Source: Octopus vulgaris (Eukaryota). Taken from it: DNA of 64,000 nucleotides. The notes below the pieces were generated by a model, which did not search any database, was not told the origin of the DNA, and saw only the letters and a list, made by a program, of their open reading frames with translations. The position numbers and the translations under genes are program-made. Shown here in pieces: positions 1 to 21,913 of this stretch (the stretch's first letter is position 1; each line of letters opens with the position of its first letter). The DNA lies in contig OX597834.1 in NCBI GenBank assembly GCA_951406725.2, positions 42,160,001 through 42,224,000 on the forward strand, in the 5' to 3' direction.

Positions 1-1074
1 CCCCTAGTGGGTAGTAAAGAAATAGGTACATAACACCTTTTATTCGCCTTGTGATGCCATGTTGGGACCAGACACGGGACTCAAGATCCCTGATTGAACC
101 AGTTGCCTTCTGAAGCTTTAATGATGCTTCATCATCCTGGTCAGCTCTGACTTAATGGACATCTGACCATTCAATGTTTTTTTCTTCATTCAGACATTGT
201 GTAACCAGAATTACATTATTCAATTTATTCTTCTATTCTTTAAGATGGTGCTCTTTGATGTGATAAAATTTGTCTTTTATTTCTAGCACAATGTAAGACC
301 ATACAAAGCCTCATTCGTCATGCAACACCGAGAAATCTCTGAGCAAACATAGCTATGATCGAAGACATTTAAAAGGTGATTTTTTGGATTCTGTTTTAGA
401 AGTGAAAACAAATACAACAAAATAAATACAATCAGATTTTAACATTTTATTGGTTTCCGTATGTTCTTGAACATTCTTTTAAAAAATATATTCCAATAAA
501 AACCGTGACTTTCCATTGAATATAGTTTGAGTTTTGTAAGTTGACAAAACATGTTATAAAATAAATAAAATGAGCTAAGGGGAATAGTTCAGCGGGTCAT
601 AGGCATAACTTTTCAAAAGTTTAAGGGTCATACCCTTGAGACGCCGTATACAAATATATTTTCTTAATTATTTGCTTCAAATTTCCCTTTTAACAGAGAA
701 AAATACAACGAAAAGCCAATGAACATTACTAGTTTTATGACAGTTCACAATGGCAAAAAAAAAAAAAGGATTAATTTCAAGCTACAAAGAATTATTTTGA
801 CTGGTATGAAAATACTAGCGCCGGGCACTGAACTTTTCTATATTAACAAAATTACTTTTACTTTTCGTGTATTGAGTTCTCCCTTCTTTCTGTTAAGTTG
901 TTTTCTAACTATTACACTACATGCACTCACACACACACATTTACTCGCACAAATGCGGTGTGTGCACGCACGTGCGCGTACATGTGTTTGTGTGAGCGCA
1001 TATACGCTTATACACACACACACACACACACATATGTATAATATATATATATATATATTATGTATGTATGTTTG

Positions 1075-1139
<65 letters not shown>

Positions 1140-1275
1140 CCTACTAATTATTGTGGAATATATTTACATTTGCAGAGTTCAAGAAAATACCATCGTCACA
1201 TCTGAAGTAGATTTTCTGTTTGTTGTTATAAACACAAAGAGCGAAGTTCTTCGAGCGATACGATCGTTGGTAGTT

Positions 1276-9467
<8,192 letters not shown>

Positions 9468-9500
9468 CTTTTCGTCCCTAGTCTCTGTTAACTATTTTCT

Positions 9501-9536
9501 ACGTCAGCCGCCAAATCTGTTGTGAGCGTTTTATAC
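9501..9536 (-). promoter_or_regulatory. Candidate TATA box and CRE-like site upstream of copy 1
   Basis: Minus-strand TATAAAA (9529-9535) ~60 nt before the ATG, and TGACGT (9501-9506). Motif match only. Confidence 0.3.
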
Positions 9537-11322
9537 AAAATAGGGTTATCGTTCTTTGTTGATGACGGCTGGTGGTGGTAGTGGTGGTGGTGGTTATTGT
9601 TGTTGTTGTTGTTGTTGTGGTGGTGGTGGTGGTGGTGATGTTTTTGGTGGTGGCTGAGGTTGCGGTGGCGAAACAATAGTGGTGGCCGTGGTGAGGGCGG
9701 TAGAGGCAGGTGATAATTGTGTTGACTGCTTATGATGGTAGTGGCGGTGGTGGTAGTGGTGGTGGTGGTAGTGGTGGTGGTGGTGGTGGTGGTGGTAGTG
9801 CTACCGTACAGATCCGTTAGTTTATCAACATTGGCCTTTGTTACCGGAGTAGGACCAGATTATCAAATATGCCGGTGTAGTGGAACACGTAAAACCATGG
9901 TGGTGTTCTTTCGGTACTGGTTTGGAGCAGGCCCTTGGCAAACTCGAATTACATTGCGGGACACATTAAAAACAAAAAGTTTTTTGAGGGTTGCCTGTAT
10001 ACTGACAGAATTGAAAGCATTTTGCTTTCTCGTGCTGTTATTAAAACAATGAATGAATGATCGCTGATTCAACATGAAATATTAGCAGTAGTATCTTTCT
10101 TTTTTTGCTTTTCATCACAATCTTTAATTTTTGATAACGTTTTAAATGTTTGTTTAAATAAACCCATTTCAAGAAAGTTTCAAGCAGGCCGCAAGATAAC
10201 AGTCTGCGGGCCGCGGGCCTCAGGTTGGCCAGCCCTGGTCTGGAGAGTGTCGGAATAAGGAGACGACGTCATTCACCCTCTTTTTCGGCCTAACCTCTTT
10301 ATCTATATCGTGAGGCAAGGTTGTGTATTAATAACGAAGGATTGCTAATTATGCGAATGTATCGTTGTGCGCGCCTTAAGAAATCTTCTGTCACATTAAA
10401 TTTATGCACGCTATGCCATATTAGTATTATTTTCTTTACTACCCACAAGGGGTTAAACACAGAGGGAACAAACAAGGACAGACAAAGGGATTAAGTCGAT
10501 TACATCGACCCCAGTGCGTAACTGGTACTTAATTTATCGACCCCGAAACGATGAAAGGCAAAGTCGACCTCGGCGGAATTTGAACTCGGAACGTAACGAC
10601 AGACGAAATATGTTTGAATGCCATGCATCGTTTGTGTGTCTGTGTTTGTGTCCCCCACACCATTGCTTGACAACAGATGTTGGTGTGTTTATGTCCCCGT
10701 AACTTAGTAGTTCAGCAAAAGAAATCGATAGGATAAGTAAGAGGCTTACAAAGAATGACTCATGGGGTCGATTTGGTGTCCATTTGGACGAATTTTTTGC
10801 ATTCCTTTTCTTTTTCCTCTTGTTACTATCAGGCTGCTTGTTTTGCTTTATCGCATTTTTTTACAAAAGGAAAGATCGTGTAATCCTTTGGATTAATTAG
10901 AAATTTTATACAAATTATAATAAATTTCTAAGTTGTTCCAAATTTTCTTGGAATATTATTTACATTGGTAGAATCAAGATTGACGTTTCCTAATATTCAA
11001 AGAGATGCAGAAAAGTTTATTCCTGCTAAATATTCAGTTACTCCTGTCCTTATTAAAATAAACAGCTTCTCCTATTTTGCGTTCTTTATTCTTTTACTCT
11101 TTTACTTGTTTCAGTCATTTGACTGCGGCCATGCTGGAGCACCGCCTTTAATCGAGCAACTTGACCCCGGGACTTATTCTTTTGTAAGCCCAGTACTTAT
11201 TCTATCGGTCTCTTTTGCCGAACCGCTAAGTAACGGGGACATAAACACACCAGCATCGGTTGTCAAGCAATGATAGGGGGACAAACACAGACACACAAAC
11301 ACACACACACACACACACACGC

Positions 11323-11355
<33 letters not shown>

Positions 11356-12715
11356 TACGACGGGCTTCTTTCAGTTTCCGTCTACCAAATCCACTCACAA
11401 GGTTTTGGTCGGCCCGAGGCTATAGTAGAAGACACTTGCCCAAGGTGCCACGCAGTGGGACTGAACTCGGAACCATGTGGCTGGTAAACAATCTACTTAC
11501 CACACACCCACTTCTAATAAATCAAAATGACTGTTTAGATCAATAACGTCTCTATATATTATACTTGTATTCGTTTACATTTTAATGGATGTGTGGGGCT
11601 ATGTTATAACCTCATACTTTCTCTAATATTACATGCAAAAAGCACACATCATTTTATGGACGTTCAGCTTCTCTCTATGGCAACAGTATTAAATATTGTT
11701 TTGTTTAGTCTTTTAGAGATGGTTTCAAAACAGCAAAAAAAAAAAAAAAATCCCTTTTGAAATGCAACCCGAGTCTCACTAAGTGTGATGATACCCACGT
11801 TGTACCAAGCAAATGCCAGAGTAATCAGTCTTGCTCTTTTTACAACGTTGCTTTCATTGTTTTAGAGGTTTTAAATGTGTCATAATCCAATTCCCAACAA
11901 CATATTCCCCTCCCCTCTGACTGGGTAGGAGGTACTTTTATCGGTGACGATAAACCAGTCACAGTTAAGTAAAGCGATTCTCTTTAAAACACCGTTTCTA
12001 GCTCCTTCTCGTGTGCTGTGAGTACGGCTGTACCTAAGAAGCTACCCATATACAACGGATGTTTGTGTATCTTGGCTCTACTTCAACGAGAGAAAGAAGT
12101 AAACCAAAGCTGATGGTTGTACAGGTTTGTGCTAAAACTTACATCCTAAGCCCGCTGTCACATTAGGAACCCTGTCGAAACTGAGGAATGTGGGTAAAAG
12201 GTCAAAGAAAAGAGATAAAAGAAGAGATAGAAAGCAATTTCTGACTGCGCAAATTTTTATTTCCATTTTTTTTCAGTGAGAAAGAGCGACTTGAATATAA
12301 AACTCAGACGGTTTCTATACTCGGAACATTGCCATTTCTCATGAAACCAGTTGGTTTTAGGTTCAAGAACGCAGTGACATTTTTGGCGTGCGCCTTCCAC
12401 TAAAACCTCCGGCCGACCAGTGGCCTGTGGGTGTATTTGCTAAACAGAAACTATATATACATATGTGTGTATAAATTTATATAAATAAGGATAAGATCGT
12501 TATTTAAAATACCGATCTTATCAGGTGGCCAACATGGGAATAAAAACCTCATAGGTAATAATTATTATTAAAATCATAATTAAGGGTATCTAAGAGATAC
12601 CACCATGCTAGACATAGCAGCCAAAACTTGATTCTAACACCACATTAAATGTTCATACAGCTCCAGGAGAGAAGACAAAGTGACAAAATAAACTAGCAAA
12701 AAAAATTACTGGATA

Positions 12716-12774
12716 ATTCCAGATCCCGGATTTCTGGATCTGCATAAGAAATGCTTTGCCTTCATCAGTGGAAT
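12716..12774 (-). ncRNA. Type I hammerhead ribozyme-like motif
   Basis: Minus strand AUUCCA CUGAUGA AGGC..GCAU(UUCUU)AUGC..UCCA GAAA UCCGGG AUC UGGAAU: perfect 6-bp stem I, canonical core, AUC triplet, interrupted stem II. Confidence 0.6.
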
Positions 12775-13112
12775 ATACGCAGATAGCACATAAATACAAA
12801 ATACAGTTAACTTGATTATGACAGAGACAAGCCATCAGCTGTATACAACGGGAGAATAGAGAAATGGCTTGTTGAAAACACAGGCGGTTGTACTTAGTGG
12901 AGTAAGTCCCTGACGTAGAAACCGTTAAAGTTGTCTGTAACCCACACTGAGACCATGACAGTAAGTCCCGTTTAGCACTTGTTAGAACAACAAGTGAATA
13001 AGAATATCCCTTTAGACCATCTTAATAGCAGACGTAATCCTCTCATTTCCGACTGTCACAAGAGGCTTTCTTATTTTCTGTTTTTGAGTACGATATTCAG
13101 AGTGGTAAGAAA

Positions 13113-13740
13113 TGAGCTGGCAGAACCGTTAGTACGCCGGGCGAAATGCTTTGCGGTATTTCGTCTGCCGCTACGTTCCGAGTTCAAATTCCGCCGAGGT
13201 CGACTTTGCCTTTCATCCTTTCGGGGTCGATTAAATAAGTACCAGTTACGCACTGGGGTCGATATAATCGACTTAATCCGTTTGTCTGACCTTGTTTGTC
13301 CCCTCTGTGTCTCCTCTGTGTTTAGCCCCTTGTGGGTAGTAAAGAAATAGGTATTTCGTCTGCCGCTACGTTCCGAGTTCAAATTCCGCCGAGGTCGACT
13401 TTGCCTTTCATCGTTTCGGGGTCGATTAAATAAGTACCAGTTACGCACTGGGGTCGATATAATCGACTTGATCCGTTTGTCTGACCTTGTTTGTCCCCTC
13501 TGTGTCTCCTCTGTGTTTAGCCCCTTGTGGGCAATAAAGAAATAAGAAACGTTAGCACGCCAGGCGAAATGCTTAGCAGTATTTCGTCTGTCTTTACGTT
13601 CTAAGTTCAAATTCCGCCGAGGTCGACTTTGCCTTTCATCCTTTCAGGGTCGATAAATTGATTACCATTTGCGTACTGGGGTCAATTTAATCGACTAGCC
13701 CCTTCCCCAGAATTTCGGGCTTAGTGCCTAGAGTAGAAAA
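13113..13740 (+). mobile_element. SINE family A tandem trimer
   Basis: Three head-to-tail ~190-bp units; a dimer lies at 15373-15760. Confidence 0.85.
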
Positions 13741-14274
13741 ATATATTCAATGTGGATATTCAGAGTAGAAAAGGTTATTCAGAGAGGTATGTGTCTTGCA
13801 CAGAAAAGACCGTTTAGAGTATGTTTATATAAAGACGTAGAAATATGTTTCATCAATTTGTCAGAAGATTATCTGCAATGTTTAATTGCAAACAGAAAGT
13901 GTTAATATTGATTGTTCGTCACACAGGCACAAATCCAAAATCTGCTCTCGGTGTTAACCAGTGTATATTTGCAGTTGGCTCATTATCAACATCCTTGCCA
14001 TATTATTCTTAAGCTTTTCTTAAATCTTATTATACACATAACAATCTTATTCTCGCCGTTTCTTGATTTTCTCTTATTTATTTGTCTTTTCTTCAACACC
14101 AGGCGGATTCTGATGAAGACTAACTATGGATAAGATGTTCTGTCCGTCACTGTCCTATCTTTTAATAAGACGCAGCTTATCTCGAATTCCCCCTCGTGCC
14201 TCTGCTGGTCCTCCACGTCCCCTTGCTCTTCCTCATCCTCCTGCTCCTTCTCGTCATCCTGCTGCTGGTCCACC

Positions 14275-14359
14275 TCTTCTTCTTCTTCTTCTTCTTCTTC
14301 TTCTTCTTCTTCTTCTTCTTCTTCTTCTTCTTCTTCTTCTTCTTCTTCTTCTTCTTCTT
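14275..14359. repeat. (TTC)n microsatellite
   Basis: Seen directly. Confidence 0.97.
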
Positions 14360-14629
14360 GTTTGTTTACATCGCTAACCCAGTTCACACTCATATAGATA
14401 AACAAACATACTTTCAGGGACATCCATACACATAGATACACACAGAAATACATTTATAGATAAATAGGTACCATATGTAATATATTGTGTATACTTTTGT
14501 CGTAAACACACACACACACACATACATGTGCATATATACATACATGTTTGTGTGTGTGTGTGTGTGTGTGTTTGCATATATATATACTTACTTGGAAATA
14601 GATGCGTGGCGTTCAATTAAATAATAATG

Positions 14630-14677
<48 letters not shown>

Positions 14678-14793
14678 TATAGGACGTCACCAACTGTGTA
14701 AACAACATGAGATACATGGACAAACGAATTAAATCGTCAGTCACGTGATCACGTGTGATCCCATGACATATGTATACATACATACACATATGC

Positions 14794-14824
<31 letters not shown>

Positions 14825-16471
14825 TGTATGTATGTATCTACACAAGGGTAATACGTGAGCACGGGCATTGCTAAAAATAGAGGTTAAAATACTTCTCTGC
14901 TCGGACCCGCTGGTCTAAAAAAAAGAAAGAAAAAAAGATAGAATGGCAGCAACTAGATCATTTTGATTATAGTCTTTACCAGAACCGATCCGGTGTTGAA
15001 GAGCAAGAAGTAAATAATAGAAAATCAACAAACTGTGAAAAATAACACGATTATGTGTATAAGATTAACAAAAGCTTATGAATAGCATAGCAAAGATGTC
15101 GACATGAGCAAATTGCAAATATACACTGGTTAACACGGCGAGTAGAGTTTATGTTTGTGTCTTTGTGACATACAATCAATACTAACACTTTGTGTTTGCA
15201 ATTAAACATTGCAGTTAATCTTCTGACAAAATGATAAAATATATCACTACATCTCTATGTAAACATACACTAAATTGTCTTTCCGATGCAAGACGGGGCC
15301 TGAATCTGAGGAACGATCAGCCACGCATTGCAGCCAAATGTCACTCAAGATTAGACCACACTATGTCCACAAAGGCGGCGAGCTGGCAGAAACGTATTTT
15401 GTCTGCCACTACGTTCTGAGTTTAAATTCCGCCGAGGTCGACTTTGCCTTTCATCCTTTCGGGGTCGATTAAATAAGTACCAGTTACGCACTGGCGTCGA
15501 TACAATCGACTTAATCCGTTTGTCTGTCCTTGTTTGTTCTCTCTGTGTTTAGCCCCTTGTGGGTAGTAAAGAAATAGGTATTTCGTCTGCCGTTACGTTC
15601 TGAGTTCAAATTCCGCCGAGGACGACTTTGCCTTTCATCCTTTAGTGGTCGATAAATTAAGTACCAGTTACGCACTGGGGTTGATGTAATCGACTTAATC
15701 CCTCCGTCTGTCGTTTTTTGTCCCCTCTATGTGTTGCCCCTTGTGGGCAATAAAGAAATAAGATTAGACTCTACTATCTTAGTGGAGGCGCGAAGTTCTG
15801 TGGCTAGGGTGTTGGACTTGTGATCGTAAGATTGTGGTTTCGATTTCCGGACCGAGAGATGTGTTGTTTTCTTGAGCAAAACACTTCCTTTCACGTTGCT
15901 CCAGTACACTCAGCTAGAAAAAGTGAGTTATCCTACGACGGACTAGCGTCCCGTCCAGGTGGGGAACATATACAGGGAACATATACGGTATGAAAAGCAA
16001 GAAAACGGGCCCCAGGAGTCTATGACTCGGGAAGGAACTTTACTTTGCTACTACTATTGTCTTAAAATACAGGAAAGGCGATATGTTAGTATTGGATACA
16101 ATAACTGGAAAAATAAAAGACGGTCTAGTTGTGACTAGAAGGTTTTGGAATGTGGTTTTCAGGAGAAGTCTTGACCTGGAACAAAACAACAGCCACAAAA
16201 ACCATTTTTATAAATACATACGGCAACATCTTCAGTTCGTTTTTTACACCTATCATGGATATGGTCATTCGATCTGCAAAAAAAAAAAAAGAAATAGTAG
16301 CCCCCCCCACAGAAATAACAGAAATGCCAGACCACGCTGACTTAGGTAATCCTGGATACAATATGTCCCACGAAAAAACAGAAAAAAAAGCAAACAAAAA
16401 AAGAGGTGGGAAGTGTTGCAATGTCTTTAACCATTGATCTGCTTCATAAAGGCCGACCATCGGTTAAACAA

Positions 16472-16607
16472 CATCATCATCATCATCATCGTCATCATCG
16501 TCATCATCATTATCATCATCATCATCGTCATCATCGTCATCATCATCATCGTCATCATCGTCATCATCATTATCATCGTCATCATGATCATGATCATCAT
16601 CATCGTC

Positions 16608-16661
<54 letters not shown>

Positions 16662-16680
16662 GTCATGATCATCATCATCG

Positions 16681-16720
<40 letters not shown>
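16472..16720. repeat. (CAT)n microsatellite
   Basis: Seen directly. Confidence 0.97.
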
Positions 16721-17079
16721 TCAACAACGACAACAACAACAACTGCAACAGCAACAGCTTACTAAGCAATTTGTGGTTAAGCTGTTTCAGCACAAAGTCG
16801 GTCCTTTTATCTGAAGCGTTTTAGTGTTCAGCCGTGACCATCCTTATACATAAATACGTACATACACACACACACATCCATCCATCCATCCATCCATCCA
16901 TCCATCCATCCATCCATACATACATACATACATATATACATTCGTACGTACATACATACATGCATACATATATACATACATACATACATGACAGAGGATA
17001 TCTAGAATGCGAGAATGTGAAAAGGAGAGTTGGAGAAAGATTTCTGCACACCACCTGTCTTTTTCCAACTGATATATGC

Positions 17080-17114
<35 letters not shown>

Positions 17115-17717
17115 CCTCTGTGTGTGCCTCTGTGTGTGTGTGTGTGTGCGCTTAAGTAGATGTGCTGGTATATAAACGAATTGCATACTTAGTTCCGTTA
17201 TCGTTCTTGTATCAAAAGATAAAAACTAGGCCAGGTAAAAAAACATGGCCAGAACCCATAAAATATGACATCTTGATATAAGATATTATAGATTTTACGA
17301 TAAACAGTATCTACGATATATTTTATTATTGTTTGTGAAGCATTTAATGTTTTCCACATTCATTAAATATAAATATTATTAGCTTGTAGCATAGATATAC
17401 CTGTTCCAATATGGCGGATTATGAATCGGTGCATGAATTCGAAGGAATTATATCTACATAAATGAATGTAGTTTTGGCATTAGAAACGAGATGAAAGAAT
17501 TACTCAATATATGGCGTACATAAAGCGATCAGCTGACGGAGTCTCTAGCAGGCCGGACAAAATGCTAACTGGCATCTTGTCCGTCTTTACGTTCTGATTT
17601 CAAATTCCGCTGAGGTTGACTTTGCCTTTCATACTTTCGAGATCGATAAAATAGGTACCAGTTGATGTAATCAACTTTAGCCCTCCACCGAACTCGCTGG
17701 CCTTGTGCGAAAAATTG

Positions 17718-17761
<44 letters not shown>

Positions 17762-17974
17762 TTCTCTCAATTTTTCTTTCCTTATTTTTCTCTCCTTGTT
17801 TCTCTCCTTGTTTTTTTTCTGTGTCCCTTTCTTTAGAAGAGCGTAGGCTCGAAACGTAAAAGACATTTTCTATTCCTGAGCATTATACTTATACATCTGT
17901 TTGTTTTATACACCACCTGTCTTCGTCTTTTGTTTTTTCGTAAACTCTCCCTATATATATATATATATATATAT

Positions 17975-18193
17975 ATCTATACAATAATATGTTACATTAC
18001 TCGATAGTCAAGATAAAACTCTGAGTTTCAGATGCCAAAGTGGGAATCCACGACATCTCTTCGGTTATCTGGCTATTTGAAAACGTTATCTAGCTAGATA
18101 ACGAAGAGATGGCGTTGTGGATTCCCACTTCGGCATCTGAAACTCAGAGTTTTATCTTGACTATCGAGTAATGTAACATATTATTTTATAGAT
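17975..18193. repeat. Fold-back, ~100-bp arms
   Basis: ATAATATGTTACATTACTCGATAGTCAAG... / ...CTTGACTATCGAGTAATGTAACATATTAT. Confidence 0.92.
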
Positions 18194-18255
18194 AAATTTC
18201 CTCTATTTACATAATATTGAGGTCTCTTTCTTTCTTTTGTTATCTAACCGTTTTA

Positions 18256-18312
<57 letters not shown>

Positions 18313-18317
18313 AATTA

Positions 18318-18367
<50 letters not shown>

Positions 18368-18732
18368 ATTGTTCAGTTTTATTTCAAGATTTCTTGCCAA
18401 TAAAGTGCCGGTTACTAACCTAGAACTAAGTATCCTTCATTGGAATTTCAACATGAACAACAAGGTGTTTTTGTAAGCATGCATGTATGTATATATGTAG
18501 GTAGGTAGGTATATCAATATTCAGTTTACTTCAAGATTTCTTGCCATTAGAGAGAGAACCAGTTTCTACCCTAGATTCAAGGCTGCTTTAATGGAATTTC
18601 AGCATCAACAACAGGGCTGTTTTGTATGTATGTATGTATGTATGTATGTATGTATGTATGTATGTATGTATGTATGTATGTATGTATGTATGCATGTATG
18701 TATGTATGTATGTATGTATGAATGTGCAGGGT

Positions 18733-19722
18733 TGTATGTTTTATGTATGTATTCTCATGCATATAGTTGCATATCTAGACAGGCTCATATATATTTAAAT
18801 GATAAACTTCTGGAAAGTTTTACAGATTTTTACAGATCTGTAGCCTTCGAATTAGCTTTCACCTTTCTGGTTTTGAGAAGCCTGATTTCTCAAGTTTGGT
18901 ATTTAGGCATTGTGTTACATATTCCAGGGCCCCAATAATTACTGGTATAAACCTGAATTTGTGATATGGATAGAGTAACTCGCGATTTCTCAATAGTTCA
19001 GCATAGATCTTCTCCTTTTCACTGATCTTCAGTTTTATGTAAACATCCGCTGGGCAGCTAATTTCTACAACTGTGCACAATTTCTCTTCTCTATTCCAAA
19101 TCATTATATCAGGTCTGTTGTGCTTACATTTTATTGAGGTTTCCACTGGGACATTCGACAAGTATTCCTTTTCATTATGAGTGGCTATGGTTTCTACCAT
19201 ACTGTGGGTTCTTATTTCTTTGTCCTCGGGATTACCCTTCCGACGGATTTCATTACAGAGTATCCTAGCTACAACGTCATGTCTCATCGGTAGATAATAC
19301 CATGATGACATTTTCGGACAACTGCTTATGATGCAGGCGATATCTTCAGCGTGAACTCCTCAAAGTCTGCATCGGTTGTCACACTTTACGGCGGCGAGCT
19401 GGCAGAAACGTTAGCACGTCGGGCGAAATGCTTAGCGGTATTTCGTCTGCCGTTACGTTGTGAGTTCAAATTCCGCCGAGGTCGACTTTACCTTTCATCC
19501 TTTCGGGGTCGATAAATTAAGTACCAGTTACGCACTGGGGTCGATGTAATCGACTTAATACCTATGTCTGTCCTTGTTTGTCCCTTCTATGTTTAGCCCC
19601 TTGTGGGTAATAAAGAAATGGGTTGTCACACTTTACAGCTTTACCTGTATCTATATCTCTGTTGTGCATCTGGTACTTGGTTGATATTTCCTGTTCCTGG
19701 ATTGCAAACGCATACTCTTCCA
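18733..19722 (-). mobile_element. R4/Dong-type non-LTR retrotransposon 3' fragment (restriction-like endonuclease), interrupted by a SINE
   Basis: FAIQEQEISTKY...CRL...ISSC...RHDVVAR...NRPDIMIW...VVEISCP...K...Y...PVIIGAL; abuts (TATG)n. Confidence 0.8.
19390..19620 (+). mobile_element. tRNA-derived SINE family A with 16-bp TSD
   Basis: GGCGGCGAGCTGGCAGAA...GAGTTCAAATTCC...TTTCATCCTTTCGGGGTCGATAAA; TSD GGTTGTCACACTTTAC. Other copies near 5370, 6010-6615, 10432, 17580, 30535, 39030, 42900, 56200, 62540. Confidence 0.88.
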
Positions 19723-20231
19723 AGTGGGAGGTAGTAATCTGGCTATTGGTCCATGATAAACTGCTTTGATGATCGATGTTACGGTTGAAATTTCTGCTTT
19801 GATCTTTTTTGAGCTTAAACTTGGAGATTTTGAAATCATATATTTGAAACTCTAGCCGTTTGCATCTAAAGTTTTTGCGTATTGATTAATGAGGCCTAGT
19901 TTGATACGCAGAGGAGGAAATATAATTCTAACTCTGGTCACTAAAGGTTTGTGAATTACGTTTTTTTTAATCTCCGACAGTAAATGATGTTTGTGCTGAC
20001 CAGGTTTGTCTGAAACATTCTTCTACCTTCGCTCTGCTGTCCCATTAGCAAAGGAAGCAGGAATATTTAGTATACCCCGCTTGTTCTCCTGGCAGAAAAT
20101 TAACCATTTTTAAGTCAACGCAAATGATCAACTCGTCATCCCTATAGTTGATAATATTTGAAACTTTTTCTCTTTGTTCATACTCTTCTTTTATTTTCGT
20201 TGAGTGTCCAATCGGTATCGAGACGTATAGA

Positions 20232-20617
20232 TGGAAGCACCCCGTCGGTTACGACGATGAGGGTTCCGGTTGATCCGAATCAACGGAACAGCCTGCTCGT
20301 GAAATTAATGTGTAAGTGGCTGAGCACTCCACAGACACGTGCACCCTTAACGTAGTTCTCGGGGATATTCAGCGTGACACAGAGAGTGACAAGGCCGGCC
20401 CTTTGAAATACCGGTACAACAGAAACAGGAAGTAAGAGTGAGAGAAAGTTGTGGTGAAAGAGTACAGCAGGGATCACCACCATCCCCTGTCGGAGCCTCG
20501 TGTAGCTTTTAGGTGTTTTCGCTCAATAAACACTCACAACGCCCGGTCTGGGAATCGAAACCGCGATCCTATGACCGCGAGTCCGCTGCCCTAACCACTG
20601 GGCCATTGCGCCTCCAC
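20232..20617 (-). mobile_element. tRNA-derived SINE family C, full-length with TSD
   Basis: Near-identical reverse complement of 21914-22298; TSD AGACGTATAGA. Confidence 0.88.
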
Positions 20618-21913
20618 AGACGTATAGATAGCCATTATACAACACACATTTAAGACTTCTTTCCGAATTGTCTAAAACCAAGTGCCAATCGTTTCAATCT
20701 TCAGGCTCAACCCCCATCTCCTGTAACAAACCAGATATGTCACAGCCAGACACTAAACTATTTTCTGTTCAAAAATATTTAATAAGTTCTCTTTTTCTGG
20801 AAAATATAGTGTGTATTTGAAGTAAGCAAGTTTTTCCCTCTAAATCTGAAATTTCTGCAGCCTTTTATGTCAAATTTAAATCGCTTACAAGATCACTCAA
20901 CACGGCCTGGTTAAACATTTTTACGGATCATTTTGAATTTCAAATACGCTAGGGTCAAAATCGGTGTCAGTCTCTTCAGAATGAATAAAATATTTTCTGG
21001 AACATCTTCAACTAATTCTTGTGGTGGCAGAATCTTAAATATTAGAATGGGGATTCCATTTGAACATAGCACAGGTCGTAATGCAGTGTCGATATTTGAG
21101 TACTCGGCACAATGTTTATTTTTCTTAGTGAAGCTCGAAGACTTGATAAAACAAAGTAGCAATCGGTCTCATGGTTAGTAGGTTCTCGTCAGACTTGTAT
21201 GGGCAAAAAACTGTGGAGGCACATGGCCTAGTGGTTAGAGCAGCGGACTCGCAGTCGAGGGATCGTGGGTTCGAATCTCAGACCAGGCAATGTGTGTGTT
21301 TATGAGCGAAACACCTAAGTTCCACGCGGCTCCGGCAGAAGGTAATGGCGAACTTCTGCTGACTCTTTCTTTCGCCACAACTTTCTCTCACTCTTTCCTC
21401 CTGCATCTTGCAGCTCACCTGCGATGGACCGGCGTCCCGTCCAGGTGGGGAACCTATACGCCAAAGAAACCGGGAAACCGGCCCTAATGAGCCAGGCATG
21501 GCTCGAGAAGGAACAAAGAACAACATATGGGCAAAAAATTGTGTCAAAAGGTTATTTTGATATAAGCAAAAATTACTCTCGTAACACAATCCATTTATAT
21601 CCAATTAAACCATCCTTCTCTGACCGCCACTCGATTAAATTCACTATCTTTATTTCAGTTCAAAATTAGTCAAACGAACTTGTACATGAGGTCATGAGTA
21701 AGAATGCGCAGAGCGAGGCGTGTCAGGCGCTGGTTTGTTGCTGTTAGGAAAAGCGATCACAAAAGCGACCAGAGACTTGCTTTTAGAAATTTTATCAAAA
21801 TTTATTACCCAAAACCAGGACCTGATAGAGCAAAACTGAGTAAAGATTCGTGCTCAGCGCACCAAAATTACCAAGGACTGACTGTCAAATCTAATTCAAT
21901 AGATAAAAATTTT

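Noticed and set aside
10185-10238. Possible hAT transposon terminus (GGTTGGCCAGCCCTG)
   Set aside because: Only one end is visible; no partner TIR or TSD could be located.
11780-11925. GTGATGA ... CTGA (C/D box snoRNA candidate)
   Set aside because: No convincing terminal stem or rRNA guide complementarity that I could identify; intergenic.
13158-13740. Regularly spaced repeats (CRISPR-like)
   Set aside because: Units are ~190-bp SINE copies without unique spacers; eukaryotic context and no cas genes.
16083-16437. Non-repetitive ORFs, one ending KKRGGKCCNVFNH
   Set aside because: No recognisable domain, no ATG or splice context I can support, and an A-run inside; tBLASTn/RNA-seq would be needed.
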